Source: Patescibacteria group bacterium
Lineage (GTDB): Bacteria > Patescibacteriota > WWE3 > UBA101185 > UBA10185
Direction of reading: 5' to 3'
Assembly: GCA_018825365.1 (NCBI GenBank)
Contig: JAHJEV010000003.1
Coordinates: 108,670-172,669 of the forward strand
DNA: 64,000 nucleotides
The translations under genes and the position numbers were made by a program. The notes under the pieces are model-generated. The model searched no databases, was not told the DNA's origin, and saw only the letters and a program-made list of their open reading frames with translations. Within the stretch, counting starts at the first letter, position 1. Each line of letters begins with the position of its first letter. This document shows positions 27,202 through 35,409 of the stretch, one piece after another.

Positions 27202-28695
27202 ATGAAAATAGATCATAAACCCATTGATGTAGATGATTTAGTAGGAGTTACAAGAAGTTTTGAAAAGGTATCAATTTCTCCTAGTTTAAAGTTGCCAATA
27301 GCTAAGGCAAGAAAAATTGTTGATGAAGCTGTTACTGCGAAAAAAATCGTCTATGGTATTACTACAGGTTTCGGTGCATTTAAAAATAAGTCTATTGATC
27401 AAAAGGAAACTAAGCAATTACAGGAAAACCTTATCTTATCTCATGCTGTTGGAGTAGGAAATTTTTTTCCTACAGAAACAGTAAGAGGGATAATGCTTCT
27501 AATCGCAAATTACCTTTCGAAAGGTTATTCGGGAGCAAAATGGGAAACAGTTCAAACAATTATTGAAATGCTAAACAAAAGTGTTCATCCCCTTATTCCG
27601 GAAAAAGGGTCTGTAGGTTCTAGTGGAGACCTCGCTCCCTCGGCACATATGGTGCTTGTTCTTATAGGTAAGGGCGAGGCTGAGTATAAAGGAAAAATTA
27701 TGACTGGCGCCGAAGCTATGCGTAAAGCTGGAATTAAACCAGTACAATTAAGTTCCAAGGAGGGTTTAGCATTAATTAATAACACCACAGCAATGAGCAG
27801 TGTTGCATCTCACGTTGTTCATGACTTTCGATGGTTAATCGAGTTGGCCGATACTTGCGCTGCCCTTTCATTACAAGCGCTTAGAGGTACAGATAAGGCT
27901 TACGACGCAAGAATCCATGCTATAAAACCTCATGATGGTCAAATACAAACAGCAGCTAACTTGAGAGCTTTACTACGAGGCAGCACTTTTGTGGACAGGA
28001 CCCGTGTTCAGGAAGCATATTCATTCAGGTGTTTACCACAAATTCATGGTGCAATACGTGAAGCTTATTACTATGTAAATAAAGTTGTTGGTACTGAGAT
28101 AAATAGTGTTACAGACAACCCATTGATATTTTCAGGTGACGAACCAGATGTGATTTCAGGTGGGAATTTCCACGGAGAACCTGTTGCTATAGCAATGGAC
28201 ACTATGGGAATTGCCTTATCAGAAATTGCAAACACGTCCGATAGAAGAATTGCAACATTGTATGATCCTTCAACAAATAATGGACTACCGGCATTTCTTG
28301 TTGTTAACGGAGGTCTAAATTCAGGATTTATGATCATGCAGTACACTACTGCGTCTTTAGTCTCGGAAAATAAAATATTAGCTCATCCGGCATCGGTGGA
28401 TTCTGTTCCTACTTCCGCCAACATAGAAGATTTAGTCTCAATGGGTACAATAGCTTCGAGAAAAGCAAGAGAAATTTTTGACAATACAGCTAATGTGTTG
28501 ACCATAGAGCTAATTTCCGCTTGCCAGGCTATTGATATAAGAAACCGAGATTTGTTCCCAAAGCTTAAACTTAGTAAACGAACTGAAAAGGTATATAAAA
28601 AAGTAAGAGAAATCGTACCGTTTATCGATAAAGATACCGTTTATTATCCATACATGCGTGCGGTAAGATCCTCACTACAAGACTTACTAAAGTAA
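27202..28695 (+). CDS. hutH: histidine ammonia-lyase
   Basis: HAL/PAL family, 497 aa. The MIO-forming region reads GSVGSSGDLAPSAHM, so the triad is SSG rather than the canonical ASG. Confidence 0.85.
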   Translation: MKIDHKPIDVDDLVGVTRSFEKVSISPSLKLPIAKARKIVDEAVTAKKIVYGITTGFGAFKNKSIDQKETKQLQENLILSHAVGVGNFFPTETVRGIMLLIANYLSKGYSGAKWETVQTIIEMLNKSVHPLIPEKGSVGSSGDLAPSAHMVLVLIGKGEAEYKGKIMTGAEAMRKAGIKPVQLSSKEGLALINNTTAMSSVASHVVHDFRWLIELADTCAALSLQALRGTDKAYDARIHAIKPHDGQIQTAANLRALLRGSTFVDRTRVQEAYSFRCLPQIHGAIREAYYYVNKVVGTEINSVTDNPLIFSGDEPDVISGGNFHGEPVAIAMDTMGIALSEIANTSDRRIATLYDPSTNNGLPAFLVVNGGLNSGFMIMQYTTASLVSENKILAHPASVDSVPTSANIEDLVSMGTIASRKAREIFDNTANVLTIELISACQAIDIRNRDLFPKLKLSKRTEKVYKKVREIVPFIDKDTVYYPYMRAVRSSLQDLLK

Positions 28696-28704
28696 TTGAC
28701 TAAT

Positions 28705-28732
28705 TTGACTGTGTATCTTTTTGTAGTAATAT
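28705..28732 (+). promoter_or_regulatory. sigma70-like promoter upstream of the leader ORF and GNAT gene
   Basis: -35 TTGACT (28705-28710), a 16-nt spacer, and -10 TAATAT (28727-28732). Confidence 0.4.
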
Positions 28733-28760
28733 ACTGCTAATACGGAGTAGGAAAGGAGGC

Positions 28761-28793
28761 ATGGAGGTTTTTTTTGCCCTGTTGTTACGTTAG
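28761..28793 (+). CDS. 10-codon leader peptide (MEVFFALLLR) with its own SD
   Basis: GGAAAGGAGG lies 1 nt upstream of the ATG. The stop lies 40 nt upstream of the GNAT start, which has a second SD (AAAGGAGGA). Confidence 0.3.
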   Translation: MEVFFALLLR

Positions 28794-28833
28794 ATACTGT
28801 TTAAATCACAATACAAATGTAAAGGAGGACGAA

Positions 28834-29517
28834 ATGAACGAGGGTACTTTAATGAGTCGGTTCGACGCAAAAGTTCTGCGATCAAAGCCCCAAGTATTGC
28901 ATCAACTTGCGGAGCTCTACTGTGACATTTTTTCGATGGATCCAAACTTCGGTGAATATCGTCAATGTCCAGTTTGCAAGGGGTACTTTAACCACCAGCA
29001 GGTTGAAGTCGAGGGTGTTCGTTTCTGCGAGAATAACCACCCTAAAACGGAAATCGTTCCTGCATGGGAAGTCGAGAAAGTGAAAGTTGAGATCTTGGAT
29101 CAATCCAGTGAGCAAGGTTTCTTTGGAGTCTTGGCGTTCCTTAACCAGAAGGTTGTTGGCTTTGCTTGGGCGCGTGTGATTTTGTTCCCTGAGGTTCGGA
29201 AACACTGGGGTGACAAGATCATCGACAAGGTACAACCGTACGCCAAAACACTAAACCTGGTTTACTTTGACGAGCTTGCTGTTGATCTCAAGAAGCGCAA
29301 CAAGGGTTTGGGTAAGGAGATGGTTGTGTTCGTTTGCCGATGGGCAAAACAAGAACACCCCGATGACATGACTTTGCTTAGAACCCACAAGGACTCCCCC
29401 GCCAAACACATCTACGAGTCGATTGGGTACATTATCTTCGCAGATGACACGGAGTATGGGGGCGGACGCGTGATGATGAAAGCTGACCGCTGCCGCGATC
29501 TGAATGTAACAGTATAG
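28834..29517 (+). CDS. GNAT family N-acetyltransferase with an N-terminal Cys/His zinc-ribbon-like segment
   Basis: Acetyl-CoA motif A (RNKGLGKEM). CPVC...C.NNH cluster. GC content is visibly higher than in flanking genes. The start was chosen at the SD-preceded ATG, since the ORF-track start at 28774 is TTG. Confidence 0.55.
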   Translation: MNEGTLMSRFDAKVLRSKPQVLHQLAELYCDIFSMDPNFGEYRQCPVCKGYFNHQQVEVEGVRFCENNHPKTEIVPAWEVEKVKVEILDQSSEQGFFGVLAFLNQKVVGFAWARVILFPEVRKHWGDKIIDKVQPYAKTLNLVYFDELAVDLKKRNKGLGKEMVVFVCRWAKQEHPDDMTLLRTHKDSPAKHIYESIGYIIFADDTEYGGGRVMMKADRCRDLNVTV

Positions 29518-29614
29518 AGTTATTCGCTCTTGGGCAGCTTACCTATGAAAACGCCCCATGGAAAGTGTCAACGTTGAGAAAAGTACAATCTGGGCGCTAA
29601 TTAAGGATAAAAAC

Positions 29615-30745
29615 TTAATCGGCGCCTTCTTTTTTTATGAAATCTTCTATAACATATAATGTTTGGTTTACGGTATCAATGTCCACGTATTCATTTGCAC
29701 AATGAGACATTGATGTTGGTCCAGGTCCGAATATCACAACACTTCCCTTCCATTTTTCTTGTAATAACTGGACTTCAAAATATCCTGTTTCATTTATACT
29801 AGAGTATTCGCAGGTAAGGTGGTTTCGAGCAACTGAGTCTTCAAAATCTTTGATGTTTTCCTTTGGCGTATACATATGCCCGACGAGAAATTTAAAATCT
29901 ATATTTGTTATTTCCAGCTTAAGTAAAGCACCAATTTCCCTTATCTTATCTTTAACGTATTCTTTTGTAATTTTAGAGTCAGCAAGTCTAATTTCACCCA
30001 CACATTTAGCGTAATTAGGTACCACGTTGCCACTATAAGAAACATCACCATCAAGTTTTAACACACCACCGTTTAAATAAGCCAGATTTAACGAATTTAC
30101 GGTGTCGGGTTTATCAAATTTTGAAATCTCTTTTTGTAATAGGTCAAATAACTCTACGGTTTTTTCTATAGCGTTAATACCTTGGTGCTTAACTCCTGCG
30201 TGACAGGATTTTCCGTGGGTTTCAAAACTGAACTCTGTAACACCTCTACAACCATTTAGAACCTTTAGACTAGTTGGTTCAATACTGATTATAAATTTAG
30301 GTCTAAACACGTACTTTTCGATTAATTTATAAGCACCTTTGAATTCATATTCCTCATCAACTGTAAAAACGTATGCAATGTCATCGGAATCTTTATGAAC
30401 TTTAGCTATCTCAAGCATAATGGCAAGCCCTGCCTTCATATCTACAGATCCAAGTCCATACAGTTTACCGTCCTCTTCTCTACTTTCGAATGGATTTTGT
30501 GTTTCAATTTTTGGCGGGACTGTATCCATGTGACCAAAGAAAATAATTTTTGGCGACTTATTTTTATAGGCAATAATATTAGCCCTGTTATTTTCTACGT
30601 TCTGTCTTTCTACTTTTAGGTTTGTGTTTGAAGACAGAAAATTATATATATAATCGACTAATTTACTCTCGTCCTTATCTTCTGAAACATAAGATGGGAT
30701 GTTTATTAGTTCTTTTAAAGTTTGTAATACCTGATTTTTCCTCAT
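29615..30745 (-). CDS. M20 family metallopeptidase (ArgE/DapE-like deacylase)
   Basis: GHMDTVP, SVDMKAG and EPT motifs. The start was set at MRKNQVLQTLKELI (ATG at 30745). The longer track ORF overlaps the convergent gene. Confidence 0.75.
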   Translation of the reverse strand: MRKNQVLQTLKELINIPSYVSEDKDESKLVDYIYNFLSSNTNLKVERQNVENNRANIIAYKNKSPKIIFFGHMDTVPPKIETQNPFESREEDGKLYGLGSVDMKAGLAIMLEIAKVHKDSDDIAYVFTVDEEYEFKGAYKLIEKYVFRPKFIISIEPTSLKVLNGCRGVTEFSFETHGKSCHAGVKHQGINAIEKTVELFDLLQKEISKFDKPDTVNSLNLAYLNGGVLKLDGDVSYSGNVVPNYAKCVGEIRLADSKITKEYVKDKIREIGALLKLEITNIDFKFLVGHMYTPKENIKDFEDSVARNHLTCEYSSINETGYFEVQLLQEKWKGSVVIFGPGPTSMSHCANEYVDIDTVNQTLYVIEDFIKKEGAD

Positions 30746-30836
30746 ATTGTTAATTTTTACAACTAATTTGCAAATAACACAAGCTTGTAGTAATATCTCA
30801 ACGAATGCCCAATTTTCAAGTAAAGAGGAGGAAGAG

Positions 30837-31607
30837 ATGAATACACAGGATATTGTAAATTCTATGGATAGGATGCCTGGTAATCCCGATGCCGCCTGGA
30901 TTGAGAGTATCGTTAGTGTTGCAATTAAGACTGGGGTCTTGGACCTTTCTGTCTTTGTGTGTCCAAAATTTAACACCGTAGCACTGTATTCCAAACAACC
31001 GGAGGAGTACATGCCAGCTACAGCGGATGACCCAAACGATCTATTTTTCCAGAGGATACCTAAACTTAAGAAGGTATTAGCAGATCTGAAGAACACAGGG
31101 GTTTCTCCAAAACTTCACATCCTTGTTGGTGACAATGATGCTGAGGTTTATATTTTCCCGTTTATGAGGGGGTTTAATCTGAACTTAGCTAAGTTTGATA
31201 AACGTCGCGCTGCGTACCTTCAAAGTTTTGAAGTGCGTGCGGGCTCTTTGTTCAGTAAAGATGCTGAGGTTCAAAGTCTTGGACTGAACAATGTTGTTCC
31301 CGGAACGTCTGAGGCAAAAGTGGCTGAAGATGAGCTTCAAAGTGAGCTTGTATTTTTCGGCTGGCTTTTTGGGGAAACAGGTCCTTACAAAGGCAACCTC
31401 AAATTTGACCAACAGACACTTGAGGAGATGGTCAGATTAAAATTTGCCTTGTACGGAGCGCAGGGAAAATTTCTCCAGAAAATCGGGGGAATATTGCTCC
31501 AAACTGAAGGTCCGAAAATCTGGTTACAGCGTACACGTATGCTGAGGTGTACCGGAGCCACTACTGTGCCAGCAATCTACCCATGGATCCGTAAGGAAGA
31601 AATGTGA
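30837..31607 (+). CDS. hypothetical protein (higher-GC gene with strong SD)
   Basis: AGAGGAGGAAG lies 6 nt upstream of the ATG at 30837. GC content is elevated relative to neighbours. No recognisable domain. Confidence 0.5.
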   Translation: MNTQDIVNSMDRMPGNPDAAWIESIVSVAIKTGVLDLSVFVCPKFNTVALYSKQPEEYMPATADDPNDLFFQRIPKLKKVLADLKNTGVSPKLHILVGDNDAEVYIFPFMRGFNLNLAKFDKRRAAYLQSFEVRAGSLFSKDAEVQSLGLNNVVPGTSEAKVAEDELQSELVFFGWLFGETGPYKGNLKFDQQTLEEMVRLKFALYGAQGKFLQKIGGILLQTEGPKIWLQRTRMLRCTGATTVPAIYPWIRKEEM

Positions 31608-31664
31608 TTTCGAAAGAACTAAGTTATACAAAGGACGCAAAAAGAATCAAATCTTTAGCGTCCC

Positions 31665-32249
31665 TTATTTTTTGCTAATATTTAAAACTGGTCTAAGAAT
31701 TAGTAAAACCACTATTGTGTTGACAAGAATTATATATAGGGGGTAAGCAAACGCTTCAAATACCCACTTTTCCGTAGCTAATAGATTTAAGGCTGCTGAA
31801 ACTGCACCAATAAAGAAGAAGGTCCATACCTCGGACTCAGGCATTTTATAGGATTTTATTATAGTTGGAAGGAAACCAGTAAAATCTGCAGCGATAGAAG
31901 AAAATATCGCTGTCGTTGGATTTCTAGTATAAATCCAAACTGCAATACCGAACAAAGCTATAACAAAGCAAAAAATATCAAGTTTGGAAAAACCACCCAA
32001 ACCGTACTTTATACTCATTAAAAAGATAACAAAGGAACTAACTGCAAAAACGCCCGACAGCCAAATAGCTACCCGATTACCTTGTGCAAACATTGATGCT
32101 GTTGCAAGGGAACTAATAATAAATAAAACCAGTCTTGTTGTTCTATGAGGTTTAGCTTTACCTTTTAAAATAGAGATATAATATACAAAGTAAGCAACAA
32201 GGGCTAAAGCGGTACTTAGAAAAGTTAGTAAGTTTTGCATAGAGAACAT
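31665..32249 (-). CDS. hypothetical polytopic membrane protein
   Basis: 194 aa with about 6 TM helices. Confidence 0.45.
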   Translation of the reverse strand: MFSMQNLLTFLSTALALVAYFVYYISILKGKAKPHRTTRLVLFIISSLATASMFAQGNRVAIWLSGVFAVSSFVIFLMSIKYGLGGFSKLDIFCFVIALFGIAVWIYTRNPTTAIFSSIAADFTGFLPTIIKSYKMPESEVWTFFFIGAVSAALNLLATEKWVFEAFAYPLYIILVNTIVVLLILRPVLNISKK

Positions 32250-32459
32250 AGGTTATTACATTATATATGTAATTTGAGAAAATTAAGAACATGTAAAAGA
32301 ATTATATTTTGGTTTCTATTTTCAACACTCTCTTTCATTTCCTGAGCCCACCTACAAACATTTTGGTACGGTCCCTCTACAAAGGAGAATCCAAAAAGAG
32401 TTTTGGTGGTGATAAGATGAAAATTGTTTTTTTTACATTTTTCTGATAAAATCTAACCA

Positions 32460-34475
32460 ATGAAAGTTAGTGAACTAAAAAGTTTCCAGAAATCAATTTT
32501 GCAGGGGATTCCAGATAAACTTCCCAATGTCAAACTATATGATGAGAATATAAACCATGCTCCGAAAAGAAAAGACATCCTTTCAAAAGAAGAAAAAAGG
32601 TTGGCAGTTAGAAACGCCTTACGCTATTTTCCTTCGAAATTTCATCAAGTGCTCGCTAAAGAATTTGCAAAAGAACTAGAGGAATATGGAAGAATTTACA
32701 TGTACCGCTTTAGACCAGATTACAGGATCTACGCCAGAAAAATAAGTGATTACCCACACAAATCAACACATGCTGCTGCAATTATGTTAATGATTAACAA
32801 CAATTTAGATACTTCCGTAGCGCAGCATCCATATGAATTGATTACCTATGGTGGTAACGGTGCGGTTTTCCAAAATTGGGCGCAATATCTTTTAACAATG
32901 AGATATCTGGCTACAATGACAGATGAACAAACGCTTGTTATGTATTCTGGTCATCCTTTGGGTCTATTCCCTTCACATAAAGACGCCCCGAGAGTTGTTG
33001 TCACAAACGGCATGATGGTACCAAACTATTCTAAACCTGACGATTGGGAACGGTTTAATGCTTTGGGTGTCACTCAATACGGCCAAATGACGGCCGGCTC
33101 ATATATGTATATCGGTCCCCAGGGGATAGTTCATGGCACGACAATTACCATTCTTAACGCCGCAAGAATTTTGCAAAAAGGATCTGACGATTTAGGAGGT
33201 AAAATTTTTGTGTCTTCAGGTCTGGGTGGTATGTCAGGCGCTCAAGCTAAAGCCGCCGTAATTGCAGGTGCGGTTGGGGTTATTGCGGAAGTTAATCCTA
33301 AAGCCATAGAAAAAAGGTACACCCAAGGGTGGCTTAATGAGGTTTTTCAGGATCTTGACAAACTTATAGACAGGCTAAAACTTGCTCAGAAAAATGAAGA
33401 GGCTGTCTCTCTCGGGTATCAGGGAAATATTGTAGATCTTTGGGAAAAACTTGTTCAAGAAAAGATCAAGGTCGATTTAGGGTCAGATCAAACCTCACTT
33501 CACAATCCTTATGGGGGTGGTTATTATCCTGTTAGCTTAACTTTTGAGGGAGCAAAAATAATGATGGTTTCCGATTCTCAAAAGTTTAAGGAGTATGTTC
33601 ATCAATCTCTAGTCAGACAGGTTGCAGCCATAAATAAGATGGTGGCGCGGGGAATGTATTTCTGGGACTACGGCAACGCCTTTTTACTAGAGGCTAGCAG
33701 AGCTGGCGCTGACATTCTTAAAGCCGACAAAACTTTTAAGTATCCTTCCTATGTAGAAGATATAATGGGTCCAAAATACTTTGATTATGGTTTTGGCCCT
33801 TTTAGATGGGTGTGTACATCGGGTGACCCCAAAGACTTAGCACTAACAGACAAAACTGCAGCTCGTGTCCTTGAGATTATTACAAAATCTGCTCACTCAG
33901 AAATCCGTCAACAACTGGAAGATAATATTAAGTGGATTACTAATGCCGATAAAAACAATTTAGTTGTTGGATCACAAGCTAGGATTCTCTATGCCAATTC
34001 TGAAGGAAGACTGAAGATAGCAAAAGCATTTAACGATCTAATTAGGAAACGGTTAATCTCTGCACCTATTGCTATAGGTAGAGACCATCACGATGTTTCA
34101 GGTGCGGATTCCCCATACAGGGAAACCTCTGATATTTACGACGGATCCCGCTATACAGCTGATATGGCTGTTCAGAATGTAATAGGGGATTCCTTCCGTG
34201 GGGCTACCTGGGTTTCAATTCACAATGGAGGTGGGGTTGGTTGGGGTGAGGTAATAAATAGTGGTTTTGGGTTGGTTTTGGATGGAAGTAAAGACGCCGA
34301 AAGAAGGCTTAATTCAATGATTTTTTGGGATATACATAACGGTTTGGCTAGAAGAAGCTGGGCAAGAAATAAAGGAGCTATACTGTCCATAAAGAGAGCT
34401 TTGAAGGAAAATCCAAAACTAAAAGTTACCGAACCTAACTCGGTTAGTGAGAAGATTGTTTCCTCTCTTTTTTGA
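32460..34475 (+). CDS. hutU: urocanate hydratase
   Basis: Urocanase signatures (MLMINNNLD, ITYGGNGAVFQNW, NAD-binding GLGGMSGAQ). About 100-aa N-terminal extension. Confidence 0.85.
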   Translation: MKVSELKSFQKSILQGIPDKLPNVKLYDENINHAPKRKDILSKEEKRLAVRNALRYFPSKFHQVLAKEFAKELEEYGRIYMYRFRPDYRIYARKISDYPHKSTHAAAIMLMINNNLDTSVAQHPYELITYGGNGAVFQNWAQYLLTMRYLATMTDEQTLVMYSGHPLGLFPSHKDAPRVVVTNGMMVPNYSKPDDWERFNALGVTQYGQMTAGSYMYIGPQGIVHGTTITILNAARILQKGSDDLGGKIFVSSGLGGMSGAQAKAAVIAGAVGVIAEVNPKAIEKRYTQGWLNEVFQDLDKLIDRLKLAQKNEEAVSLGYQGNIVDLWEKLVQEKIKVDLGSDQTSLHNPYGGGYYPVSLTFEGAKIMMVSDSQKFKEYVHQSLVRQVAAINKMVARGMYFWDYGNAFLLEASRAGADILKADKTFKYPSYVEDIMGPKYFDYGFGPFRWVCTSGDPKDLALTDKTAARVLEIITKSAHSEIRQQLEDNIKWITNADKNNLVVGSQARILYANSEGRLKIAKAFNDLIRKRLISAPIAIGRDHHDVSGADSPYRETSDIYDGSRYTADMAVQNVIGDSFRGATWVSIHNGGGVGWGEVINSGFGLVLDGSKDAERRLNSMIFWDIHNGLARRSWARNKGAILSIKRALKENPKLKVTEPNSVSEKIVSSLF

Positions 34476-34801
34476 TAACAAGAGAATGGAGAGAATAACA
34501 AAGAAAAATACTAATGGAAATATTGATGAATCCACACTTTTATTCCTATTTGAAGCATTTGGACGATTACCTAAAATAATAAAATTGTAATATCAAAAAT
34601 GTGACCTACACAACGATCGAAACTAAAGGTACATGAACTGTCGAATTCCTACTTTTGAGCGATTCTTTCATACCTTAATTATTTTAAATAGGGAGATAGT
34701 GTTTTATAGGAATCAAGTTTACAGTGCAAACGTATAGATGGTTTATGTTCTAAAGTTATTATTTGCTTTATTAAGCATCTAGGTCACATAAGTATACCGT
34801 T

Positions 34802-34875
34802 TGGCTGGGGGACAGGGATTCGAACCCCAATAGCTGGGACCAAAACCCAGAGTCCTACCGTTAGACGATCCCCCA
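34802..34875 (-). tRNA. tRNA-Gln (anticodon TTG)
   Basis: U1-A72 acceptor tggggga/tccccca, anticodon stem ctggg/cccag with loop TTTTGGT, G73 and CCA encoded. Confidence 0.85.
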
Positions 34876-34938
34876 TTAATGTTGCAATTATAATAGTAAC
34901 TTAGATAAATGGCAAAGAAAAAATTGTTAGTACGATCT

Positions 34939-35015
34939 TGGTGGGCGGTAAAGGGATTGAACCTATGACCTCACGGATGTAAACCGTGCGCTCTAACCAG
35001 CTGAGCTAACCGCCC
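34939..35015 (-). tRNA. tRNA-Val (anticodon TAC)
   Basis: Acceptor gggcggt/accgccc, anticodon stem cacgg/ccgtg with loop TTTACAT, A73 and CCA. Confidence 0.85.
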
Positions 35016-35037
35016 TAAATCACGTTTGATAATAAAT

Positions 35038-35113
35038 TGGTGGGGAGGGAGGGACTCGAACCCTCATAGCCGGTTTTTCAGACCGGTGCCGTGACCATCT
35101 TGGCTACCGCCCC
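35038..35113 (-). tRNA. tRNA-Phe (anticodon GAA)
   Basis: Anticodon stem ccggt/accgg with loop CTGAAAA, T loop TTCGAGT, one C-U mismatch in the acceptor stem, A73 and CCA. Confidence 0.8.
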
Positions 35114-35127
35114 GTATTTACAAACTT

Positions 35128-35203
<76 letters not shown>

Positions 35204-35251
35204 ACAGTAAGATATTATAACAACAATCCTGTCGTTTTTTTATTCATACTT

Positions 35252-35336
35252 TGGTGGGCGGGACAGGACTTGAACCTGCATGGGTTGCCCCACTAGCTCC
35301 TTAAGCTAGCGCGTATGCCAATTCCGCCACCCGCCC
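35252..35336 (-). tRNA. tRNA-Leu (anticodon AAG), class II
   Basis: Acceptor gggcggg/cccgccc, anticodon stem ctagc/gctag with loop TTAAGGA (positions 34-36 = AAG), 13-nt variable arm, A73 and CCA. The loop context is identical to the Leu(CAG) loop TTCAGGA. Confidence 0.75.
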
Positions 35337-35409
35337 TGGATGGATAGATTATACTATATTACAGGAAAACGATAAGTCCCATAAATTTCTATGCTAAAAT
35401 ATATTTGTT

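Noticed and set aside
29615-31096. The 493-aa form of the M20 peptidase ORF, which overlaps the convergent 30747..31607 ORF by about 350 nt.
   Set aside because: The first 117 codons are low-complexity and lack homology. The conserved M20 N-terminus starts at the MRKNQ Met (30745), and the plus-strand gene has an SD-preceded ATG at 30837, so the overlap is an ORF-calling artefact.
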